From: Bacteroidota bacterium | GTDB taxonomy: Bacteria > Bacteroidota > Bacteroidia > JABEUT01 | NCBI GenBank assembly: GCA_013285805.1 | Contig: JABDGY010000001.1 | Span: forward strand, 3,212 to 67,211 | DNA length: 64,000 nt | Direction of reading: 5' to 3' | Part shown: one piece after another, positions 9,285 through 17,641 of the stretch | Numbering within the stretch: the stretch's first letter is position 1 | Layout: each line of letters opens with the position of its first letter | Program-made: the position numbers and the translations under genes | Notes under the pieces: generated by a model | What the model saw: only the letters and a program-made list of their open reading frames with translations | What the model was told of the DNA's origin: nothing | Databases searched by the model: none

Positions 9285-9385
9285 AATTATTGTATTTATA
9301 AATACAAAATAACTGAGGTTAAGCCGTAACCTCCATGACGTATGTCAGACGTGTATATGATATTTATAAGAAGAGAGAGAGCAGC

Positions 9386-9418
9386 AAACAAAAAAGTCCT
9401 GACAGTAATGCCAGGACT
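9386..9418 (-). terminator. rho-independent terminator downstream of the paaY-like gene
   Basis: The minus strand reads AGTCCTG-GCATTACTGT-CAGGACT followed by TTTTTTGTTT. Confidence 0.6.
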
Positions 9419-9569
9419 CCTTTGAGAGAGAGCCTTACGGCTCTGGTGTTCAACAAACCACATTGCGAATAGAGTGCATGTGTTTCAATTTACCTTTATG
9501 AAAGAACGTTTTATACATCAAACGTACGACAGGAATCAGAAAATTCCTGTGACTTCCATCACGCTATGG

Positions 9570-10166
9570 CTAGTTCTCCTTCGATTGTTTCAACGTATGA
9601 TAAAACACAGCCTGCCTTTTACGGAACTTAGGTACGCTTCTTAAAGGCTCGCATGCTTTAAATGAGCGGTGCATATCCTTGGGCAGTTGCTGGTATATTT
9701 TAGTGCCTTCCGTCTTCCAGCCCAGCATTTCGTCGCTTACATCCTTAATAATTTTTGCTGGGGTGCCGACCACCAGTTTGCGGGACGGTATGTGCATACC
9801 TTCAGGAACAAGTGTTAATGCACCTACAATACTGCCTTCGCCTATGTTCACATTATCCATTATTACGGCATTCATTCCTATCAGCACATCTTTACCTATA
9901 TGCCCGCCATGCACAATAGCCCCGTGGCCTATATGGGCATTCTCTTCCAGCACAACCGACACACCCGGGAACATGTGTATGGTACAGTTCTCCTGCACAT
10001 TACACCCATCATGTATAATTATCTCGCCCCAATCGCCACGTATAGCAGCGCCCGGACCTATATATACATCTTTACCTATTATTACATTGCCTGTAACACA
10101 AGCCTGCGGGTGCACAAAACTCGATTCATGCACTACAGGGCGGTATCCGTTAAATTCGTAAATCAT
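9570..10166 (-). CDS. hexapeptide-repeat protein, gamma-carbonic-anhydrase-like / PaaY-CaiE family
   Basis: Left-handed beta-helix repeats are present (VIIGKDVYIGPGAAIRGD..., IGHGAIVHGGHIGKDVLIGMNAVI). The N-terminus YRPVVHESSFVHPQA is typical of the family. Confidence 0.75.
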   Translation of the reverse strand: MIYEFNGYRPVVHESSFVHPQACVTGNVIIGKDVYIGPGAAIRGDWGEIIIHDGCNVQENCTIHMFPGVSVVLEENAHIGHGAIVHGGHIGKDVLIGMNAVIMDNVNIGEGSIVGALTLVPEGMHIPSRKLVVGTPAKIIKDVSDEMLGWKTEGTKIYQQLPKDMHRSFKACEPLRSVPKFRKRQAVFYHTLKQSKEN

Positions 10167-10197
10167 TCCTTACTTATTTTTAATTCTTAATTATTAA

Positions 10198-10800
10198 TTA
10201 TTTCATGTATTCTTCGTTCATTTTCTTCTTAGCTATCAGCATATCCATTACTTTTTCAACTCTGCGCTTCCTTGTATCTTCTCGCTTTGCCTCACTTATA
10301 TATTGCGCATATTCCCGCTGGTGCGAAGGAGCAAGACAATCGAAAAACTCTTTTACCTTTTTGCTTTTCTTTAAAATAGCTTCCAGCTCTTCAGGTATCT
10401 CAACCACTATAACCGGCTTAGGCAGCTTAGCTCCCTTTTTATTTAGTTCAGCCGCCTCTTTTAAATACTCTATAATCTTTTTATCATCAATTTTATCTTC
10501 CTCAGAAAAATTAATACTACGGCTGCCACGGTTATCAGGAATATCATTAAACAGCTTATACTTATCGCGCATCATAGTGCCTTTAAAGAATACCAGCTTA
10601 ACATGATTCTTAAAGCCCCATATTCCGCACACCATTCCGTTCACATTAAAATTCGGACCCCATTTCCAGTCTTCCCTCACATCAGGCAAAGCGCGGTGCA
10701 CAAGCGCACGAAGGTGGATGCAGTACTTTTGCTGAAAGCCTGTAAACTTATCGAAGGCTTCGTCTATCTTCTTTGAGGCATTAGGTACTATAGTAGGCAT
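10198..10800 (-). CDS. DUF1801 (YdhG-like) plus YdeI/OmpD-associated domain protein
   Basis: The N-terminal half (REDWKWGPNFNVNGMVCGIWGFKNHVKLVFFKG) resembles DUF1801. The C-terminus (FFDCLAPSHQREYAQYISEAKREDTRKRRVEKV) resembles the YdeI family. Confidence 0.65.
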   Translation of the reverse strand: MPTIVPNASKKIDEAFDKFTGFQQKYCIHLRALVHRALPDVREDWKWGPNFNVNGMVCGIWGFKNHVKLVFFKGTMMRDKYKLFNDIPDNRGSRSINFSEEDKIDDKKIIEYLKEAAELNKKGAKLPKPVIVVEIPEELEAILKKSKKVKEFFDCLAPSHQREYAQYISEAKREDTRKRRVEKVMDMLIAKKKMNEEYMK

Positions 10801-10815
10801 AGTATAATAGGGGTT

Positions 10816-11313
10816 TTAGTTTCGCAACTTTTGCTTTACCGGTTTACTTTTTACCAATTCCCTGAATTCATCAAGTTTATCACCAAAGGCTTCCTTAGGA
10901 ATAGTATATGCAAGGTAGGGTGTAGTATAAATCAACATGAACTCTCTCAATTCCTGTATCTTATAAATTTTGTTCCATAACACTTCAGCTTTGAAACTTT
11001 CGCTCGTAATTAAGACTTTATCGCTTGTAAATTCATATGCCCTTTTTTCACTTGCTACTGAAGTAGAAATATAAATTTTTCTTGTCCGCAAATAAATCAT
11101 AACCGGAAGCAATAGAAGCACTCCAATAAAGACTATCTGGATGAACTGAAATGTTTCGTCTGTGCCAAAAGAGGGGAAGATAAAAGGTTGGAACACATAA
11201 AACAATCCCAACAGGTTAATTACAATTATTATAGGCCTGCTATAGGCCATAATGAAATTTGCTTTAAGAATCTTAGAGAATGTAGGTTGTGCCTCAATAA
11301 TCATATTTATCAA
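10816..11313 (-). CDS. membrane protein, possibly YcxB-like
   Basis: Two N-terminal TM helices are followed by a soluble domain. The assignment is weak. Confidence 0.4.
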   Translation of the reverse strand: MINMIIEAQPTFSKILKANFIMAYSRPIIIVINLLGLFYVFQPFIFPSFGTDETFQFIQIVFIGVLLLLPVMIYLRTRKIYISTSVASEKRAYEFTSDKVLITSESFKAEVLWNKIYKIQELREFMLIYTTPYLAYTIPKEAFGDKLDEFRELVKSKPVKQKLRN

Positions 11314-11363
11314 ATTAAATAATACTGATTAAGAATGTCTTTTGTTCGCACTCTTTCTTCTCC

Positions 11364-12569
11364 CTACGCTCTCTCTATAACTACCGCGTATCCTTGCCCC
11401 ACTCCTATACACATGGTAACAAGGGCGTAGCGTTTGTTTTGCTCGTGCAATTCAATAGCAGCACTATTTAATATTCGCGCACCACTCATACCCAATGGAT
11501 GGCCAATAGCAATTGCTCCGCCATTGGGATTAATGCGGGGGTCGTTATCTGCTAATCCCCATTGCCTTGTACATGCCAAGCTCTGTGCCGCAAAAGCCTC
11601 GTTCAATTCAATAATATCTATATCCTTAAATGTTAATCCGGCTTTTTTCAATGCTTTATTAGATGCCTCAACGGGGCCAATTCCCATAATGCGGGGCTCT
11701 ACTCCCACCATACCCATTGACACAATACGCGCTAATGGTTTCAGGTTATATTTCTTTACTGCATTTTCCGACGCCAGCAACAAAGCCGCTGCACCATCAT
11801 TCAATCCCGATGAATTGCCAGCCGTTACACTGCCCGTCTTGCGGAAAGCAGGCCTGAGGCCTGATAATGTTTCAATAGTTGTATTCGCTTTCACAAATTC
11901 ATCATCGTCAAATATTTTGGGGTCGCCTTTGCGCTGGGGTATTTCAACGGGAACAATTTCCTTTTTAAAGCGTCCTGCTGCTTTGGCCTTACCTGCTTTC
12001 TGCTGCGACCATAATGCAAACTTATCCTGGTCCTCACGGTTTATCTTGTATAACTCCGCTACATTTTCGGCTGTCTCGCCCATGCTGTCGGTACCGTATA
12101 GCTCCTGCAACTTAGGATTAATAAACCTCCATCCGAAGCTGCTATCGAACATTTGAGCATCGCGCCCAAAAGCAGATGATGTTTTGGAAATAACCCAGGG
12201 GCCGCGCGTCATGTTCTCTACCCCACCCGATATTATAAGGTCGGCATCGCCTGTTTGTATGGCGCGTGCCCCGCTTATAGAAGCTGATAGGCCTGATGCA
12301 CAAAGGCGGTTTACCGTCTCACCGGGTACTGTATAGGGCAACCCAGCAATAAGCAAAGCCATACGAGCCACGTTACGGTTATCTTCACCCGCTTGATTAG
12401 CGCAGCCCATTATTACATCTTCTATTGCTTTGGGGTCGAGGCCGGTATTCTTTTCTACAAGTTTCTTAATCACCAAAGCGGCCATATCATCAGGGCGGAC
12501 AACTGCCAGCGTACCGCCAAAATTACCTACGGCAGTACGTACACCATTTACTATAAAAGCGTCTTTCAT
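11364..12569 (-). CDS. acetyl-CoA C-acyltransferase (thiolase; 3-oxoadipyl-CoA thiolase-like)
   Basis: 401 aa with thiolase signatures: NRLCASGL (active Cys), NEAFAAQ, GGAIAIGHPLGMSGAR and CIGVGQG. Confidence 0.9.
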   Translation of the reverse strand: MKDAFIVNGVRTAVGNFGGTLAVVRPDDMAALVIKKLVEKNTGLDPKAIEDVIMGCANQAGEDNRNVARMALLIAGLPYTVPGETVNRLCASGLSASISGARAIQTGDADLIISGGVENMTRGPWVISKTSSAFGRDAQMFDSSFGWRFINPKLQELYGTDSMGETAENVAELYKINREDQDKFALWSQQKAGKAKAAGRFKKEIVPVEIPQRKGDPKIFDDDEFVKANTTIETLSGLRPAFRKTGSVTAGNSSGLNDGAAALLLASENAVKKYNLKPLARIVSMGMVGVEPRIMGIGPVEASNKALKKAGLTFKDIDIIELNEAFAAQSLACTRQWGLADNDPRINPNGGAIAIGHPLGMSGARILNSAAIELHEQNKRYALVTMCIGVGQGYAVVIERA

Positions 12570-12642
12570 AAAGCAAGGTTAGTATTGATAAACAAAGATA
12601 TGGTTTTCTTGCCCCAACCCCTAAAGGGGGCATAGGAAAGAA

Positions 12643-13023
12643 CTACTTCTTCAAGCTGTCGCGTATCTCCATCAACAGCTTATCGGTTGAAGAAGGTTCC
12701 GCAGCTGCTTCCTTGGCAGCGTCACGTTTTTTCATAACATTTATACCTTTTATAACCAAAAACAATGCAAATGCAACTATTACAAATGAAATGATATTAG
12801 AAACAAAGTTGCCATATTTAATAGCGGTACCAGGTATGCACAGCTGGCTAAGGTCGCTAAGTTTTGCGGCTTTAAGTGCAGGAGTAAGTATTGCCGGCGT
12901 AATAATATCATTCACCAGTGAGGTTACAATATCTTTAAAAGCAGCACCCACCACAATACCAATAGCCAGGTCAATTACACTGCCTTGCATGGCAAACTTT
13001 TTAAATTCCGAAATCCACGACAT
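12643..13023 (-). CDS. mscL: large-conductance mechanosensitive channel
   Basis: 126 aa. The N-terminus FKKFAMQGSVIDLAIGIVVGAAFKDIVTSLVNDIITP is the canonical MscL signature. Confidence 0.9.
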   Translation of the reverse strand: MSWISEFKKFAMQGSVIDLAIGIVVGAAFKDIVTSLVNDIITPAILTPALKAAKLSDLSQLCIPGTAIKYGNFVSNIISFVIVAFALFLVIKGINVMKKRDAAKEAAAEPSSTDKLLMEIRDSLKK

Positions 13024-13140
13024 AATAAATTGATTTTAAACGGTTAATACTTCAGGGCTCAAGGAGAGCAAAAATATATTTTTCCAACGAATACAACGGG
13101 TGCAAATTGTATATCTTTGACGCGCCTTTAAACACAGTTT

Positions 13141-13812
13141 ATGTCGTCTTCCTCTAAGTTTCCTTTTACAAATATTATTCTTATGCTGGCTGCAATAGGC
13201 GTTATAGTTGCAGCGTTTTTCCTCACCAAACACGACAACAAACCCCTAAGGCTTCTTCCTATCTTCGGGCCGGCAGAATACAATACCACCACAAAAGATA
13301 CCGATTACCATACAGTAATGAACTTTAAATTCACAAGCGAACAAGGCCATATAGTTACCCTCGATTCATTCAAACACAAAATATTTGTCGCCAACTTTTT
13401 CTATGCAACATGTCCCGGTATCTGTAAAAAAATGAACTGGCAGCTGGAAAGAGCCAACAAAGCATTTGCAGGTACCCCTTATGTAAAATTCATTTCATAT
13501 ACTGTAGACCCTGTTCATGATACCGTGCAGGTATTAGCGGAATACGCCAAACTGCATGATGCTGTGCCCTACCAATGGTACTTTTTAACAGGCGATAAGA
13601 ATGAGATATATGAACTGGCACGTAAATCATATTACGTAGCGGCATCAGATTCAGGACAGGGAAATTTTGTGCATACCGATAATATGGTACTGATTGATAC
13701 TGCCGGGCATATGCGCGGGATATATAAAGGCACCGACACAGCCGACGTGAGCCGCATGGTGGTTGAAATAAACCTGCTGCTGAGGGAAGAAGGACTTTCA
13801 AAGAAACAGTAA
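13141..13812 (+). CDS. SCO1/SenC family copper chaperone (thioredoxin fold)
   Basis: An N-terminal TM anchor, the CxxxC motif FFYATCPGICKKM and a downstream conserved His (FVHTDNMVLID). Confidence 0.85.
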   Translation: MSSSSKFPFTNIILMLAAIGVIVAAFFLTKHDNKPLRLLPIFGPAEYNTTTKDTDYHTVMNFKFTSEQGHIVTLDSFKHKIFVANFFYATCPGICKKMNWQLERANKAFAGTPYVKFISYTVDPVHDTVQVLAEYAKLHDAVPYQWYFLTGDKNEIYELARKSYYVAASDSGQGNFVHTDNMVLIDTAGHMRGIYKGTDTADVSRMVVEINLLLREEGLSKKQ

Positions 13813-13814
13813 AC

Positions 13815-13920
13815 CTCTCCGTATCCATCTATATGCAATGGAATACGGATAACACTGATTAGACGGATACTCACTGATTCTATCCGTGAAAATCTTAATA
13901 ATCCGTGCCATCCGTGTTCT
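13815..13920. repeat. cluster of (T)ATCCGT words in both orientations forming hairpins
   Basis: TCCGTATCCAT...ATGGAATACGGA lies at 13818-13849 and ACGGATA...TATCCGT at 13863-13887. Direct copies AATCCGTG and CATCCGTG follow. ACGGATA-n-CACTGATT occurs twice. Confidence 0.6.
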
Positions 13921-13957
13921 ATTTGAATAGTGCCCCATTCTGAATACTATAAACAAG

Positions 13958-13998
13958 AATGACGGAGAGCATAAGCATGGCTTATACATTCCGTCATT
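13958..13998 (-). terminator. compound hairpin downstream of the 14022..14483 gene
   Basis: AATGACGGA (13958-13966) pairs with TCCGTCATT (13990-13998), and there is an inner ATAAGC/GCTTAT stem. On the minus strand it is followed by CTTGTTTAT. Confidence 0.45.
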
Positions 13999-14021
13999 GC
14001 AAGGAAGGAAGCGTAAACGCT

Positions 14022-14483
14022 TTATACCAGCGACAGTGCCCTGTTCCTGATTGGAATAAACTTAATATAGGGGGCCACCCGGGTAGTATGGTACTGCAGA
14101 GGCACAACTTTAATGTGCTTGCGTATAAGGTCAATGGTTTTTTCCGAGTTCGATGCGAAAATCAGTTTCACATCGGTAGTAAGCGGAAACTGGAAGTAAA
14201 TGTTCACGTCGCATATATTCACTTCGTCTTTTACCACATCGCCCAGGTTGCGCGAAAAGATGGGTAACGAGTTAAACTGGAATATATCAAGCGATATATC
14301 ATTCAATGCACGGCCAAGCTTATAGGTATCAATAAGCCTGATACCATAAACATTATCATTCAGGAAGGCCTCACTCAGGTGGGTTTCCAGGAATAATGAT
14401 TCTTGCTGTGTTTTCATGTGTTGAATTATTTGGTTCCCCAAATGTAGGCAGGTAATGTGAAGGATAAATGAAATGAACAACAA
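14022..14483 (-). CDS. hypothetical protein (likely true start at 14417, MKTQQESL...)
   Basis: The first 22 codons are hydrophobic or low-complexity, and an internal ATG at 14415-14417 gives a 131-aa product. No recognised domain. Confidence 0.4.
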   Translation of the reverse strand: MLFISFILHITCLHLGNQIIQHMKTQQESLFLETHLSEAFLNDNVYGIRLIDTYKLGRALNDISLDIFQFNSLPIFSRNLGDVVKDEVNICDVNIYFQFPLTTDVKLIFASNSEKTIDLIRKHIKVVPLQYHTTRVAPYIKFIPIRNRALSLV

Positions 14484-14593
14484 GTGTTATTCACACAGTT
14501 ATTAACAAGCACAAATTTTCAATGTTGAATTTTGAATGCTGAATTGAATACTAAAACACGTTTAATAACATTCAAAATTTACAATTAAGGGAA

Positions 14594-15115
14594 CTACCAG
14601 GTAAGGTTCGAGAATGTGCCGCTGGCACTGTCGATACCGCCACCCGCTATAGGTGAGGTTTCGTTGCAGGTAAATTTAAAACTACCCGAAGCAACATGGC
14701 TTCCACTGGTTGTATTAAAGCTTGTCAGTTGAACATAGCCAAGGTGTGTGTTATCGGTATAATAAAGTGTATCGGCATGGTCAACAATCATTAGGCTGCC
14801 GAAATTTGGTGACTTATTGCTGGCCAATGTAAATGTGCCGTATTGTGTAGCTGTAACATTAAGGTTTACCAAAACTGTGTCGGGCTTACCGTCCGATGCC
14901 AGGTTCATAGTAAACAGGCTCCCGTTATACTTAACTGATAATACAGTAAACGTTCTCGATTGTTTATTTACCGTAGCGGTAAATGTTGGCGGGCCGGTTG
15001 GGCCCGCAGGCGTGGAAGAATTACTTTTTGAACAGGAAAATAACAAAGTAACAACAAAAGCAGATACTAAAACGTACTGTATTTTGTGTTCAAAAATGTA
15101 CTTTAATTGTTTCAT
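14594..15115 (-). CDS. hypothetical lipoprotein
   Basis: Signal plus lipobox VVTLLFSCSKSNS. The sequence is beta-rich and Thr/Ser-rich. Confidence 0.5.
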   Translation of the reverse strand: MKQLKYIFEHKIQYVLVSAFVVTLLFSCSKSNSSTPAGPTGPPTFTATVNKQSRTFTVLSVKYNGSLFTMNLASDGKPDTVLVNLNVTATQYGTFTLASNKSPNFGSLMIVDHADTLYYTDNTHLGYVQLTSFNTTSGSHVASGSFKFTCNETSPIAGGGIDSASGTFSNLTW

Positions 15116-15192
15116 CTTATTACCAAGTGGGTTAACTTCAATGTAATTAATAATGTAAATATAAGCAAAAATTGGTCAAATTAAATAATGGG

Positions 15193-16044
15193 CTATATTT
15201 TAAAGGAAAAGCCAATAGTTCCCATATATGGGGCACCTATGGCAATCTCTGTATGAAAACCAACCACCCCTAACATTATTCTTATCCCCAGCAAACATTG
15301 AATGCTTGGATTAAATGATTTATCTGGTATTGTTGCTGAACGCTGGTAAAATTGATCGCTTACAATATCTCTCCAATAAGATACACCAACCCGTGCGCCG
15401 GCATAAATCTGAAGACGCGCAGTATGTGTTATATAGGTCAATGCCCTTAATCCACAATTATAACGACTTATATCTTCATTTACATTTTGAATACCCTGAG
15501 TCGCAACAATTACAGGTATACCTTTTAAGTTCTGACTTGTACACGCCAGACCGACCGTCATATTCTTATTTATCCCATAATCAACAAACGCATTATACAC
15601 AATACCCTGGGAGACAGTTCCGCCTGCCTGTACTTTTACGCCATATACTCTTATGCCAATTATACTATTGCCAATACCGGCATTTACAATACACATTTTT
15701 TTCAAGCTTACATTTTGGTCCACAATATTATCAGGTACATTGCCAAATAGCCTGTGTGGTATTGAGTCTTCCGTTATAATAACGTATGAATTACTGGGAT
15801 GGACCAGCAGATGAACCTTATCTCTCCAAATACTCTTTAAAAAATCAGCGCTGTCTGAACATGGCCAGTAAACTACAGAATGATCATTAATTTCTTTGAT
15901 ATGGCAATATATCTTGCTTCCGCCCCATAATGTCAACATATCGCATGTATCGCTAATGCCGGGTTTACTTTGAGAAAAAGCAGGCACAGTTAATGTGAGA
16001 ATGGCTATCACTAAAATATATTTTAACCTATGCACGAAATTCAT
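15193..16044 (-). CDS. outer-membrane beta-barrel protein with Cys-containing N-terminal domain (paralog A)
   Basis: Signal peptide ...PAFSQ. The conserved N-terminal block is SKPGISDTCDMLTLWGGSKIYC. The C-terminus shows an alternating beta pattern ending GTIGFSFKI. Confidence 0.55.
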   Translation of the reverse strand: MNFVHRLKYILVIAILTLTVPAFSQSKPGISDTCDMLTLWGGSKIYCHIKEINDHSVVYWPCSDSADFLKSIWRDKVHLLVHPSNSYVIITEDSIPHRLFGNVPDNIVDQNVSLKKMCIVNAGIGNSIIGIRVYGVKVQAGGTVSQGIVYNAFVDYGINKNMTVGLACTSQNLKGIPVIVATQGIQNVNEDISRYNCGLRALTYITHTARLQIYAGARVGVSYWRDIVSDQFYQRSATIPDKSFNPSIQCLLGIRIMLGVVGFHTEIAIGAPYMGTIGFSFKI

Positions 16045-16056
16045 TCAAATAAGTAG

Positions 16057-16926
16057 TTATATTTTTATTGAAAGACCCGCTTCGGCAAAATAGGGAGTGC
16101 CTATGCCGACCTCCAAATGCAAACCGATCACTCTATATATTAATTTTATGCCAGCTAATGCCTGAAAACTAGGGAAAAGCGATTTGTCTTCTAATGTTGT
16201 ATTCGCATCAGATTTTGAGGGAGCATTTATATCATACGGAATGTCTCTCCAATATGACAACCCAATTCTGAAACCTGTATAAACATAACAATAATTAGTA
16301 TGAACATAATACCTCAATACCCTGACACCACAATTAAACCTGGTAAGGTATTCGAAATTTCTCTCAGATTCTACACTGGCTAAAGGTTCACCATTAATCT
16401 CCTCATAACTGAACCCCAACCCAACCGTCAAATTACGATATGTTCCGTAATCTACAGTTCCATTATATGTAAATCCGAGAGTTCCGCTGCCGCCACCTGC
16501 CGGAGTAAACAAGCCATATAATCTTATTCCTACAGTATTCAAACCAACTCCACAATTTACAAATAGCTTATGCTTAATGCTCGGACCTTTATCCGTTGTA
16601 TCTTTTTTTATTATCGACTCAGGTAATGCTGTGAGTCCAGGTGGCGTTATAACAGAATCATAGCTTATTACTATATAAGAATTATCAGGATGAATCCAAT
16701 AATGCACCTTTGTTCTTACGATGAAAGTAGGTTTCTTAGCACTGTCGGTGCACGATACATAATTGACGGCCACATCGCTTAAACTCTTCACCTGGCAATA
16801 TATCTTACTACCGTCCCACAACTTCAATATATCGCATGTATCGGCAATACCAGGTTTACTTTGAGAAAAAGCAGGCATGGCGAATGAAAGAAAAATAATT
16901 ACGAAACTGTACTTTAGCTTCCGCAT
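16057..16926 (-). CDS. outer-membrane beta-barrel protein with Cys-containing N-terminal domain (paralog B)
   Basis: It is collinear with 15193..16044 (SKPGIADTCDILKLWDGSKIYC ... GTPYFAEAGLSIKI). The two genes are 12 nt apart. Confidence 0.55.
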   Translation of the reverse strand: MRKLKYSFVIIFLSFAMPAFSQSKPGIADTCDILKLWDGSKIYCQVKSLSDVAVNYVSCTDSAKKPTFIVRTKVHYWIHPDNSYIVISYDSVITPPGLTALPESIIKKDTTDKGPSIKHKLFVNCGVGLNTVGIRLYGLFTPAGGGSGTLGFTYNGTVDYGTYRNLTVGLGFSYEEINGEPLASVESERNFEYLTRFNCGVRVLRYYVHTNYCYVYTGFRIGLSYWRDIPYDINAPSKSDANTTLEDKSLFPSFQALAGIKLIYRVIGLHLEVGIGTPYFAEAGLSIKI

Positions 16927-17003
16927 GAGTAGTTAGTTAGCACAATATTACAAATTATCAGCCGTTTATTTCTTACATTTACCTGCGAAATAACCGCTTT
17001 AAC

Positions 17004-17636
17004 ATGAAGAAACCAATTGTACTTATTAGCTCAATACTTGGAATACTATTGCTTGCCCAACCCGCTCAATCGCAAATACAAAGAGGTGAAACTTATATTA
17101 ACATCGGGGCCGGGTATAGCTTATTCGGGCAGGTAAGCAGCGCTGTTAACTCTACCGGTACTGCAAGTACATCGACACCCGTAATAAGCGGCACGGTTGA
17201 TTTTGGCCTTGTAAAAGGTTTTAGTTATGGAATCGGAGTAAGCTACCAGGGTTTTACCCTGACCGAAAATGGTTACTCGAATTACACACCCACAACTTTT
17301 AATGTATATGTTACCAACGCCGCCGTGCGGGCGCTATATCATTTTGGTTCGAAAGACCTGGAAGGTTATACGGGTATACGATTGGGTTACAGTTTCTGGC
17401 GAGATAATGGATACAACTTTCAAAATACCCCGGCAACGGACCCCTATAATCAAAACCTCCCCACCCTACAGGTACTGGTGGGCGTAAGCGCATTTGTTTC
17501 ATCGGCCATTGGCGTACATATTGAACTTGGCCTTGGCACACCCTATGTGGCCGAAACCGGTATAACTTTTAAATTTGGCGGAAATACGCCTGCTGCGCCA
17601 CCACCACCGCCTGCAACACCGGGTAAACAATTTTAA
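17004..17636 (+). CDS. small outer-membrane beta-barrel protein (related barrel, no N-terminal domain)
   Basis: Signal peptide ...AQPAQSQ. The barrel ends LGLGTPYVAETGITFKF, like the two paralogs, and is followed by a proline-rich tail AAPPPPPATPGKQF. Confidence 0.55.
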   Translation: MKKPIVLISSILGILLLAQPAQSQIQRGETYINIGAGYSLFGQVSSAVNSTGTASTSTPVISGTVDFGLVKGFSYGIGVSYQGFTLTENGYSNYTPTTFNVYVTNAAVRALYHFGSKDLEGYTGIRLGYSFWRDNGYNFQNTPATDPYNQNLPTLQVLVGVSAFVSSAIGVHIELGLGTPYVAETGITFKFGGNTPAAPPPPPATPGKQF

Positions 17637-17641
17637 CATTA

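Noticed and set aside
9498-9638. 46-codon ORF starting within the second 19-nt repeat (MKERFIHQTYDRNQ...), and the 9-codon MKERFMRTK at 8913..8942.
   Set aside because: The shared MKERF comes from the repeat itself. The longer ORF runs antisense into the paaY-like gene, and there is no independent support for translation.
13036-13233. 65-aa minus-strand ORF across the mscL / SCO divergent region.
   Set aside because: It overlaps the start of the well-supported SCO gene. Its Arg/Cys/Lys-rich composition is artefactual.
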